From NCBI GenBank assembly GCA_018969935.1, contig JAGWXJ010000001.1, positions 1 to 42,827 on the forward strand: a stretch of DNA of 42,827 nucleotides, read 5' to 3'. The notes beneath the pieces are model-generated. The model was not told where the DNA came from. It did not search any database and saw only the letters and a program-made list of their open reading frames with translations. Position numbers and translations under genes: made by a program. This document shows positions 8,853-16,801 of the stretch, in pieces. Positions within the stretch are counted from its first letter, which is position 1. The number at the start of each line of letters is the position of its first letter. This DNA is from Alphaproteobacteria bacterium (lineage in GTDB: Bacteria; Pseudomonadota; Alphaproteobacteria; Micavibrionales; UBA1664).

Positions 8853-11093
8853 ATGGCCATGAATGCTGACAAACTGCAGTTACAATTTGGCACACCCGTA
8901 AAAAGGGCACCTATTACGTTGCGCGAATTCAAGCTGGATGCTTCAGGCACAGGCCTTGAATACAGGCACGAAATCGACCTCACATCCGAATTTGCCGCAA
9001 TCGATGGTGAAGCCGCCGAAAAGCGCAAAGCGCTGGAATCCGAGAGAGCAAAGCGCGAGTGGGAACAGTTCATCAACTGGCTGCTTGCCAAATCAGCCCC
9101 GTTTGAAAAATTCTTTGCAGAGCCCGCAAAACCGGAAAATTTTGGTGCTCTTGGCCTGAAACTGGATGACGGCGAAGATCCTGCCGATGCGTTTGCAAAT
9201 TACCAACTGCACATGAAGGTGCTGGGTACCGACCTTGCCATCGAGAAAAATAAAATCTCTGTTACCGCTAACAGCGATGAAACGCCGGTAGAAGCCATCC
9301 TGACTGGCTTGGCCCTCGCCATCAAAAACAACAACATCAAGGACGGCGTAAAAATCACGGCAGGCAAAGACGCCGGTGACATGAAAACCTTTGCCTATCT
9401 GGCTTTCAAAAAAGCCGGATTCAAAATCCTGAACGCGGATGAATTTGAAGCAGAAGGCGCAAAGCTGGATGATCTGGGGCAGGAAGCGTGGAATGCCCTG
9501 CTGGCAAACCAAAACGCAAAAAATGCTATCACGGCAACTTACCCGGTGCTGGCCAACCTTTTTGCAGATACACCTCCTGCACCGCTGGTAGCACAGGATT
9601 TGCCTGCTTTACCGCCGGTACCGGAAATAGACGCAACATCAGCAGCCGCCGCACTAGCTGCCGTTTTAGCATCACAAAACGGGGATCAATCACTCGGCGC
9701 CGCACTCAAAAAACTACCTGCGTATGACCCAACGGGCATCCCAAGCTACGAGGAAAACAACAAGCTGGCCCCGGCCCTGACAGTTGAACAACTGGATGCG
9801 CTGGAAGTTGGCAAATACGAAGGCGAAAAACTTGTCGATATGCGCGCATCAGCCATCCATGGCCTCCTGCGCGGCAAGGAAGCGCAAGAGAACATGATCA
9901 TCGGCCAGATTCTGATGCGTGCCCTCGAAATCGCAATCAAATCAACCGATTCCGATGAAAAGTTTGTAGCCGCATTGGTTTCAAAAGGCGTCGAAACAGC
10001 GCGCGCAGAACAACTTAAAGTCATCCGCGCCCATCTGCATGAAGCCATGAAGGCCATGCCAAAAGGCGATTACCTCGACCGCGATAAACCGCTGGAAAAC
10101 TTCCCCGATCTTACAAAGCTGACACCTGAAATCAGGGAAGCATTGCAAGTCCTCATCGAAAGCCAGCACAACCCCGTTGGCGGCGTGAAGGAAAACTTTG
10201 CAGGTACCAGCCATATCGTTGACCGTATTTTGCAGGATGAAAATTTCCTCAAATTCGCACCGGCTAAAATCAACTTCGGCGCAACAGGCGATGTCGGCGC
10301 GATTGCCGAACAGGTATTCCAGTACTCCAGAAAAACGCCGCACATCCAGTCCAAGCCGGAAGGTGGCAAGGAAGAAGCCGAATCAAAAGTCGATGTCCCG
10401 AACGAACTGGGCCAGGCCTGGATTGCGACATACCGCATGGTCACCCTGCCAAATGAATCGCTGGGCCTTGCCAACATGAAAGCCCCGCTCAACCACCCGC
10501 CATTCACAGCAAAACCGGATGGCACACGCCAACCGTGGGTCCTGCAGGAAACCGCAACAGCCCAATATGTAAGCTTGCTGGTTCGCGGCATGGTAGGCCT
10601 CGACAAAATGCCTGCCGCCGTTGATTTCGATGAAACAAAACAGGCTCGCGACATTGTCGCTTACGCCGTTGCAAAAGCGGGCGTAGATATCCTCTCCGGC
10701 TACAATCTGGAAGGCACAGACCCATTATTCGCTAAAGGCGTAGACACCATGAAGTGGCAGCTTGATGCGTTGATGCAGTCAACCGGCAACAACATGAACA
10801 GCACACGCTATACCGAACACGCGTACAAAGCGCTTAATGCCGACGATCCCGCAGTTGTGGCCCAAACAGTTGGTAAGGCAATTGCTACAATCGAGGCCAA
10901 TTATCTGAAAGCAGCAAACGCCCTTGTCGCCAAAGGCGAACTTGAGCAAACCGTGCTGGATAAAAACATCGAAAAACTGAGCGCATGGCGCAAAAATACG
11001 GCAGCCGTAACCGCTGGTAACTTCGCAGGTATCAAGCCAGTTGTTGAAGCAGAGCTCGATGCCGATGCGGCCCCCGCCATGAAACCCCAGTAA
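8853..11093 (+). CDS. large acidic Ala-rich hypothetical protein (746 aa), no recognisable domain
   Basis: Long uninterrupted ORF with RBS and promoter-like elements. No signal peptide or TM segment. Pro-rich linker TPPAPLVAQDLPALPPVPE. Confidence 0.75.
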   Translation: MAMNADKLQLQFGTPVKRAPITLREFKLDASGTGLEYRHEIDLTSEFAAIDGEAAEKRKALESERAKREWEQFINWLLAKSAPFEKFFAEPAKPENFGALGLKLDDGEDPADAFANYQLHMKVLGTDLAIEKNKISVTANSDETPVEAILTGLALAIKNNNIKDGVKITAGKDAGDMKTFAYLAFKKAGFKILNADEFEAEGAKLDDLGQEAWNALLANQNAKNAITATYPVLANLFADTPPAPLVAQDLPALPPVPEIDATSAAAALAAVLASQNGDQSLGAALKKLPAYDPTGIPSYEENNKLAPALTVEQLDALEVGKYEGEKLVDMRASAIHGLLRGKEAQENMIIGQILMRALEIAIKSTDSDEKFVAALVSKGVETARAEQLKVIRAHLHEAMKAMPKGDYLDRDKPLENFPDLTKLTPEIREALQVLIESQHNPVGGVKENFAGTSHIVDRILQDENFLKFAPAKINFGATGDVGAIAEQVFQYSRKTPHIQSKPEGGKEEAESKVDVPNELGQAWIATYRMVTLPNESLGLANMKAPLNHPPFTAKPDGTRQPWVLQETATAQYVSLLVRGMVGLDKMPAAVDFDETKQARDIVAYAVAKAGVDILSGYNLEGTDPLFAKGVDTMKWQLDALMQSTGNNMNSTRYTEHAYKALNADDPAVVAQTVGKAIATIEANYLKAANALVAKGELEQTVLDKNIEKLSAWRKNTAAVTAGNFAGIKPVVEAELDADAAPAMKPQ

Positions 11094-11102
11094 TTCTTTC
11101 CA

Positions 11103-11135
11103 TCCATGCCCGTTTGTGCGATAAGCGGGCATGGA
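11103..11135. other. 10-bp perfect inverted repeat that includes the engB start codon
   Basis: TCCATGCCCG (11103..11112) pairs with CGGGCATGGA (11126..11135) around a 13-nt loop. It begins 10 nt after the stop of the 746-aa ORF. There is no adjacent T-run. Confidence 0.3.
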
Positions 11136-11736
11136 AAAGGTTTTCCTCAAATCAGCCGAGTTTTTCTGGGGCGCCGAGCGCCCTGATGATTTGCCACCTG
11201 CTAACCTGCCTGAAGTGGCATTCGCAGGCCGCTCCAACGTAGGTAAATCATCACTCATCAACGCGCTGCTGAACCGCAAGTCTTTGGTGCGCACGTCATC
11301 CACACCGGGGCAAACCCGCGCGCTCAACTTCTTCAATATTGCCGAAACGCTGGTGCTGGTGGATATGCCGGGCTACGGCTTTGCCAAAGCCTCGAAGGCT
11401 GATCAAAAGGCTTGGCAAACCCTGCTGCGTTCCTACCTCAAGGGCCGCGTACCGCTGCGTCTTGCCTGCGTGCTTGTCGATGCCCGCCACGGCATCAAGG
11501 ACAGCGACGAGGAAATGCTGGACTTGCTGGACGCAGCCGCAGTCCCCACCCGCCTCATCCTCACCAAAACGGATGAGATATCCGAAAAAGAGATGCAGGT
11601 ATTGCTGGAAAAAACGGCAAAAGCCGTCAAGAAACACGCAGCCTGCCACCCCGAGCCCATTCTCACGAGCAGCCATAAAAGCGCGGGCATCGATATGCTG
11701 CGCGCCGCCATCATTGAAACATTGGGCCTTAAATAA
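11131..11736 (+). CDS. engB: ribosome-biogenesis GTPase EngB/YihA
   Basis: G1 GRSNVGKSSLINAL, G2 region PGQTR, G3 VDMPGYG, G4 TKTD. Confidence 0.9.
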   Translation: MEKVFLKSAEFFWGAERPDDLPPANLPEVAFAGRSNVGKSSLINALLNRKSLVRTSSTPGQTRALNFFNIAETLVLVDMPGYGFAKASKADQKAWQTLLRSYLKGRVPLRLACVLVDARHGIKDSDEEMLDLLDAAAVPTRLILTKTDEISEKEMQVLLEKTAKAVKKHAACHPEPILTSSHKSAGIDMLRAAIIETLGLK

Positions 11737-12396
11737 TTATCGCGCGTAAACGATGTTGTAGAACACGTATGCGCCTGCGCTATCCTTGATGCAGAAGCTG
11801 TTACGCTGGTTGCAGCTGGGGCAATCGGCTGTCAGGAAATCCGCATCGTTACCACCGCCGTTCACAAATGCGGCTTCGGTGTTCACCGTTGTAGTTGGTA
11901 TGGTTGCATCCTTGTAAAGGCGCCTGTTGATTTCACCGCAGGCTTTGGAGTCGATATCGAGGAAAGTCAGGATAATGTCGCTGGCAGCTGTCTGGGTCCA
12001 TACAACGTTTGTACCTTGCTGCACCACCCACCCGCGCTTGGCCGAGCCTGATTGATATGCCTCGTCAGCCGGATTCATCACATTGATACCGCCGCCAACG
12101 GGGTGAAACACCTTGGCCGTATGTGGTGCCGTGTTGTAATTGGCATCGGATGGTTTGATGAAATTCACCTCGGTCGGCAACACGTTTTGCATCACAACCA
12201 TCTGTTCGATGGCGGTACGGATGTTCGTGGCGTAGTTCAGCAAATCCTCGCCCCTGAAACGGGCTTTCCCCTCGGCAACGCTGCCCGCCATGCTGTCATC
12301 ACCGTTCTGCTTGGTCATCGCAAAACTCAGAAGCCCGAAAAGGACAACTGCAATAAGGACATAAAGAAGTACGTTGCCGGACTCGCGGGATTTCAT
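11737..12396 (-). CDS. membrane-anchored hypothetical protein with a pilin-like N-terminus
   Basis: ATG at 12396 is preceded by AAGGAGG at 7-nt spacing. N-terminus MKSRESGNVLLYVLIAVVLFGLLSFAM. Cys-containing C-terminus (ADCPSCNQRNSFC). The longer track ORF to 12474 has no RBS. Confidence 0.65.
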   Translation of the reverse strand: MKSRESGNVLLYVLIAVVLFGLLSFAMTKQNGDDSMAGSVAEGKARFRGEDLLNYATNIRTAIEQMVVMQNVLPTEVNFIKPSDANYNTAPHTAKVFHPVGGGINVMNPADEAYQSGSAKRGWVVQQGTNVVWTQTAASDIILTFLDIDSKACGEINRRLYKDATIPTTTVNTEAAFVNGGGNDADFLTADCPSCNQRNSFCIKDSAGAYVFYNIVYAR

Positions 12397-12461
12397 GGGG
12401 AAGGCCTCCTTGGGTTGCCGTAAGTCTAGCAAATTGCAGCGGCCCCGTGTAGGCTCTTTCC

Positions 12462-13589
12462 ATGAGCCAGACATTGTTGCCGGTTATTACCTTTGCCGCG
12501 GGCCTATTTATAGGGCTTGGCGCGGCGTTTCTGCTGCGCAAAATCATGTCCGACCACTTCCGCGCCCTTTCGGCTGACGCCCTGAATGCGACTTCCGAGC
12601 AGTTTCTCAAACTCGCCCAGCAAAACTTCAAGGCTCTCCACGCCGAAGACAGGGGCGATATGGAACGCCGCAAAATGGCCATCGACGAGATGCTAAAGCC
12701 TGTCCAGCGCAACCTTGAGGTATTAACGGGCGCCGTCACCCAGCTTAAATCGACGGACGAGGCAGTCCGCACCGACCTCCTGAACTTGCAAAAGGAAACC
12801 GCCAAACTGGCGGGCGCCATCCACAACCCTTCGGAACGTGGGCGTTTTGGCGAATACATCCTCAAAACCCTGCTCGATAACTCGGGCCTCATTGAAGGCC
12901 AGCACTATGTATCGCAGGCATCGTTCAGCGATGCTGCTGGCACATCCCGCCCCGATTTCCTCATCCGCATCCACGATGAGCTATGTATCGCAATTGACGC
13001 CAAAGCCCCCTTCATCGACCTGATGGACGAACTGGACGATGACGCCCGCCACGCCGAGGCCGCACAAAAACTGGCCACACAGGTGCGCGAGCACGTGAAA
13101 GCCCTCGCCCGCCGCGATTATACGCGTCTTGCAGGCAGTGCCGATTTTACGGTGCTTTTTCTCCCCGGTGACCACCTCTACGCAAGCGTTGCCAAAACCG
13201 ACCGCGATATCCTCGATTTCGCGGCCAAGCAGCGCGTGCTCATTGCATCGCCCATGCTGCTTATCGGCCTTCTCAAGGTTGTCGTCATGATGGCGCGGCA
13301 GGTGGATATGGCCCGCAATGCCAAGCGCATCGCCGAAGTGGGGAACGAACTGCACACCCGCCTCAAAACCTTCATGGACCACTTCGATAAAGTCGGCCGC
13401 GCCCTCAAATCATCGGTCGATGCCTATAACAAATCGGTGGGTTCCATGGAGCGCATGGTCATGCCCAAAGCCCGTGAATTCGAGGCCCTGAAAAGCCTGA
13501 AGGACGGCGAAGGCCTCGAGGCACCCGCCATGCTGGAAGCAACCCCGCGTAACGCAGGGATTGCGGAACTTGACGAAAAGGCCGCTTAG
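12462..13589 (+). CDS. rmuC: DNA recombination protein RmuC
   Basis: N-terminal TM segment, coiled-coil region and RmuC nuclease-like core: RPDFLIRI...IAIDAKAP...DFTVLFLPGDHLY...VLIASPMLLIGLLK. Confidence 0.9.
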   Translation: MSQTLLPVITFAAGLFIGLGAAFLLRKIMSDHFRALSADALNATSEQFLKLAQQNFKALHAEDRGDMERRKMAIDEMLKPVQRNLEVLTGAVTQLKSTDEAVRTDLLNLQKETAKLAGAIHNPSERGRFGEYILKTLLDNSGLIEGQHYVSQASFSDAAGTSRPDFLIRIHDELCIAIDAKAPFIDLMDELDDDARHAEAAQKLATQVREHVKALARRDYTRLAGSADFTVLFLPGDHLYASVAKTDRDILDFAAKQRVLIASPMLLIGLLKVVVMMARQVDMARNAKRIAEVGNELHTRLKTFMDHFDKVGRALKSSVDAYNKSVGSMERMVMPKAREFEALKSLKDGEGLEAPAMLEATPRNAGIAELDEKAA

Positions 13590-13604
13590 CGCCATTTTGC
13601 CGCC

Positions 13605-14129
13605 ATGGATATTTATAAAGTCATCGTACTGCCCAACCCCGTTCTGCGCCAGAAGGCCAATGCCGTCACCCGCGTGGATGACGCCGTACGCGCCCAAATG
13701 AAAAAAATGGTCGAAACCATGTACGCGCATGAAGGCGTTGGTCTGGCCGCAAATCAGGTGGCCATGCTGAACCGCATCATCGTCATCGACACCGCCCGCC
13801 GCGAACATGACACGCCAAACCCCATCGCCATGGCCAACCCCGAAATCGTCTGGAAATCGGAAGAAACATGGGATTACAAGGAAGGCTGCCTTTCCATCCC
13901 CCAAATGTATGCCGATGTCGTGCGCCCTAAATTCATCAAGGTCCGCTACGTCGATGAAAAAAATCAGCTGCAGGAAATGGACGCTGGTGGGTTAGCCGCA
14001 ACATGCATCCAGCATGAAGTCGATCACCTCGATGGCATCCTGTTCATCGACCACCTCTCCCGCCTCAAGCGCGACACGCTTCTCAAAAAATACGAGAAAC
14101 TGCAAAAAGAAGCAGGCGAGATCCTATGA
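13605..14129 (+). CDS. def: peptide deformylase
   Basis: Motifs GVGLAANQV, EGCLSIP and HEVDHLDG. Confidence 0.95.
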   Translation: MDIYKVIVLPNPVLRQKANAVTRVDDAVRAQMKKMVETMYAHEGVGLAANQVAMLNRIIVIDTARREHDTPNPIAMANPEIVWKSEETWDYKEGCLSIPQMYADVVRPKFIKVRYVDEKNQLQEMDAGGLAATCIQHEVDHLDGILFIDHLSRLKRDTLLKKYEKLQKEAGEIL

Positions 14130-15046
14130 CATCGCCGCTGCGCATCGTCTTTATGGGTACGCCGCAATTTGCCGTACCTGCACTCGATGCGCTGGTAGCA
14201 GCCGGGCACAACGTGGTTGCGGTGTACAGCCAGCCACCCCGCCCTGCAGGCCGCGGCCAACAGGTACAAAAAAGCCCTGTACAGTTGTGCGCTGAAAAAC
14301 ACGGCATACCCGTTTTCACACCCAAAACGCTCAAAACACCCGAACCACAGGCGGAATTTGCAGCCCACAATGCCGATGTGGCAATCGTGGCCGCTTACGG
14401 CCTCATCCTGCCCAAAGCAGTGCTGGATGCCCCCAAACACGGCTGCATCAACATCCATGCCTCGCTTCTGCCACGCTGGCGCGGCGCCTCCCCTATCCAG
14501 CACGCTATCTGGATGGGTGACGCACAAAGCGGAGTCACCATCATGCAAATGGATGTAGGGCTCGATACCGGCGCCATGCTCAAAAAAGGCACCGTGCCTA
14601 TTACGCAGCAAACAACCTGCCAGCAATTGCATGACGCGTTATCCGCTATGGGCGGCAAGCTTGTCATTGAGGTACTGGAAAACATCAACAGCCTTTCACC
14701 TGAAAAGCAGGATGATGCGCAAAGCAACTACGCGCCCATGCTGAAAAAGGAAGATGGCAAAATTGACTGGTCACAACCCGCAAGCCGTATCGATTGCCAG
14801 ATCCGCGCGCTCAACCCGTGGCCGGGTACATTCACAACAGGAGGCGGTAAACGCCTCAAAGTGCTGGAAGCCAGACCCGAGGCAGGCAGCGGCCCCGCAG
14901 GCACGGTACTTAACAAGGCAGGGCATATAGCCTGCGGCAAGGATGCCCTTAAACTCATCCGCGTGCAGCCCGATGGCGGCAAGCCGATGGATTTTGCCGC
15001 TGCCCTCAACGGCAATTACATCAAAATCGGCGATGTACTTGTATGA
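14126..15046 (+). CDS. fmt: methionyl-tRNA formyltransferase
   Basis: IVFMGTPQFAVP, NIHASLLPRWRGASPIQ, and a C-terminal Fmt domain. ATGA overlap with def. Confidence 0.95.
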   Translation: MTSPLRIVFMGTPQFAVPALDALVAAGHNVVAVYSQPPRPAGRGQQVQKSPVQLCAEKHGIPVFTPKTLKTPEPQAEFAAHNADVAIVAAYGLILPKAVLDAPKHGCINIHASLLPRWRGASPIQHAIWMGDAQSGVTIMQMDVGLDTGAMLKKGTVPITQQTTCQQLHDALSAMGGKLVIEVLENINSLSPEKQDDAQSNYAPMLKKEDGKIDWSQPASRIDCQIRALNPWPGTFTTGGGKRLKVLEARPEAGSGPAGTVLNKAGHIACGKDALKLIRVQPDGGKPMDFAAALNGNYIKIGDVLV

Positions 15047-15810
15047 ATACGCAGCGCTGGAAATTCACAGTCGAATACGATGGCAGCCCCTTCTACGGCT
15101 GGCAACGTCAGGACGATGTTTCACCAACCATTCAGGGTACCATTGAGGACGCGATATTCGGCTTTTGCCAACAGCGCATCACCATCCATGTAGCAGGCCG
15201 CACCGATGCGGGCGTACACGCGCGTGGACAGGTATTCCATGTGGATTTGCCCGAGCGGGATATGACCCCGTTTGAATTACACAAGGCCATCAACGCCCAT
15301 CTTTATCCCAAGCGTGTATCTATTTTATCTGCCGAAAAAGTGGGTGATGATTTCCACGCCCGCTTCTCTGCCACCAACAAGCTATATACTTACCGCATTC
15401 TTCGCCGTTCGGCCCCGCCGGCACTGGAATCAAAACGCCTTTGGCACTTCCGTCGTGACCTTGATGCCGATGCGATGCGCGAAGGCGCAAAATATTTGCT
15501 GGGCACACACGACTTCACAACCTTCCGTGATTCCGAGTGTCAGGCCAAATCGCCCGTAAAAACACTCGACAGGCTGGAAATCGAAACAATCGATTTAGGC
15601 CATGGCGCTACGGAATTCCGAATTCATGCCGAAGCAAAGTCATTCCTCCATCATCAGGTGCGCAACATGGTCGGCACCCTCACTTTGGTGGGTGACGGCA
15701 AATGGAAACCGGATGACATGAAAACGGCACTAGAAGCCAAAGACCGCACAAAAGGTGGCCCTACCGCCCCTCCAGAAGGGCTGTACCTTGTGCGCGTGGA
15801 CTATCCATAA
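15043..15810 (+). CDS. truA: tRNA pseudouridine(38-40) synthase TruA
   Basis: YDGSPFYGWQRQ and GRTDAGVHARGQV (catalytic Asp). ATGA overlap with fmt. Confidence 0.95.
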   Translation: MNTQRWKFTVEYDGSPFYGWQRQDDVSPTIQGTIEDAIFGFCQQRITIHVAGRTDAGVHARGQVFHVDLPERDMTPFELHKAINAHLYPKRVSILSAEKVGDDFHARFSATNKLYTYRILRRSAPPALESKRLWHFRRDLDADAMREGAKYLLGTHDFTTFRDSECQAKSPVKTLDRLEIETIDLGHGATEFRIHAEAKSFLHHQVRNMVGTLTLVGDGKWKPDDMKTALEAKDRTKGGPTAPPEGLYLVRVDYP

Positions 15811-15846
15811 TTTGACATAACTATAATAACTTGCTACCCCTAGGCC

Positions 15847-16746
15847 ATGGTCCAAGGCACTTTTCATACTGCCCTTGCAGGCTTAGACCCGCGTAAACCC
15901 TACCGCGGCTATAAGGATGAATTTGCCTACAGCCTGCAGCGCGGCTTGACACTTGCGCAACACATCCACCGCCATGAAGAACTTTTCCGCCTGCTCAGAA
16001 ATCAGGGCAACATCCAGCCTGAATTGCCATTCACACATGCGGTTGCCCACACGCTTTTGGGCCTTGCCATGTGTCTGGCACCAGCAACAGATGGCATCAG
16101 GCAAAAACGCAGCACACCGTTTTATCAGGCCAATATGCAGGGTGAGATGATTGTCCTGCCTATCCAGAAACTGGTGCTCGAAAAAATCCTCGCAAACCCC
16201 GACACCGTAAAGCTGGATTCGGAATACGATTTGCTGGCCGTGTGCGATGAACACTACGAAAACGACAACGGTAGACTAGCGTATATTGGCCTCAACGGTG
16301 CAAAAGCCTGTTATTACATCGGCAGCCGTATGGGCAAATCCATGTTCGATATCGGTATGGCCTACAACTTCCACAACGGCGCCGTGCAGGCAGCTGCCGA
16401 TGAAATCGCACAAGTATTCAGCGAATCCTTCAAACAGGCAGCATCCCACGAACTTGAACACCCGCACGACTGGGAAGAAAAATTCTGGTGGCGGAGTAAA
16501 GTACCAGTTGGTGTGCCCTACATGGCAGATGGGCAAGCACAAATGGTTACTCCCATCATCAACCCGAAGGACGACCCCGATACCCTAACCCTCCTCAAAA
16601 CAATGCTACCTGCGCTGCAATGGATAAAGCGCCTGCGCCCCTACACCGACCTGCTGGAAGATATCCGCGTATCCGATTTGTATGACACCATGCACACGGC
16701 AAGGCTCGAACCTGTTCTCTCCCATTTCCTGCCAAAAATGGCTTAA
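15847..16746 (+). CDS. hypothetical protein (299 aa) containing an HELEH (HExxH) motif
   Basis: Intact ORF filling the truA-radA gap. His-rich. HELEH is encoded at 16447..16461. No family recognised. Confidence 0.6.
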   Translation: MVQGTFHTALAGLDPRKPYRGYKDEFAYSLQRGLTLAQHIHRHEELFRLLRNQGNIQPELPFTHAVAHTLLGLAMCLAPATDGIRQKRSTPFYQANMQGEMIVLPIQKLVLEKILANPDTVKLDSEYDLLAVCDEHYENDNGRLAYIGLNGAKACYYIGSRMGKSMFDIGMAYNFHNGAVQAAADEIAQVFSESFKQAASHELEHPHDWEEKFWWRSKVPVGVPYMADGQAQMVTPIINPKDDPDTLTLLKTMLPALQWIKRLRPYTDLLEDIRVSDLYDTMHTARLEPVLSHFLPKMA

Positions 16747-16801
16747 AACCAAGTAATTCTAGCCCATTGACGGATGAGAACAAAACGTGAATACTCATCC
16801 T

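Noticed and set aside
10779-11336. 185-aa minus-strand ORF bridging the end of the 746-aa gene and engB
   Set aside because: It spans an intergenic hairpin and is antisense to two supported genes. It has no motifs.
15812-15831. TTGACA and TATAAT hexamers in the truA/orphan-ORF spacer
   Set aside because: The two hexamers are only 4 nt apart, which is incompatible with a sigma70 promoter geometry.
16778-16792. GAAC-N7-GAAT resembling the alphaproteobacterial LexA direct repeat (GAAC-N7-GAAC), just upstream of radA
   Set aside because: It has one mismatch in a short motif, and radA is not a classic SOS gene. It is plausibly chance. Testing it would need genome-wide LexA-box scoring.
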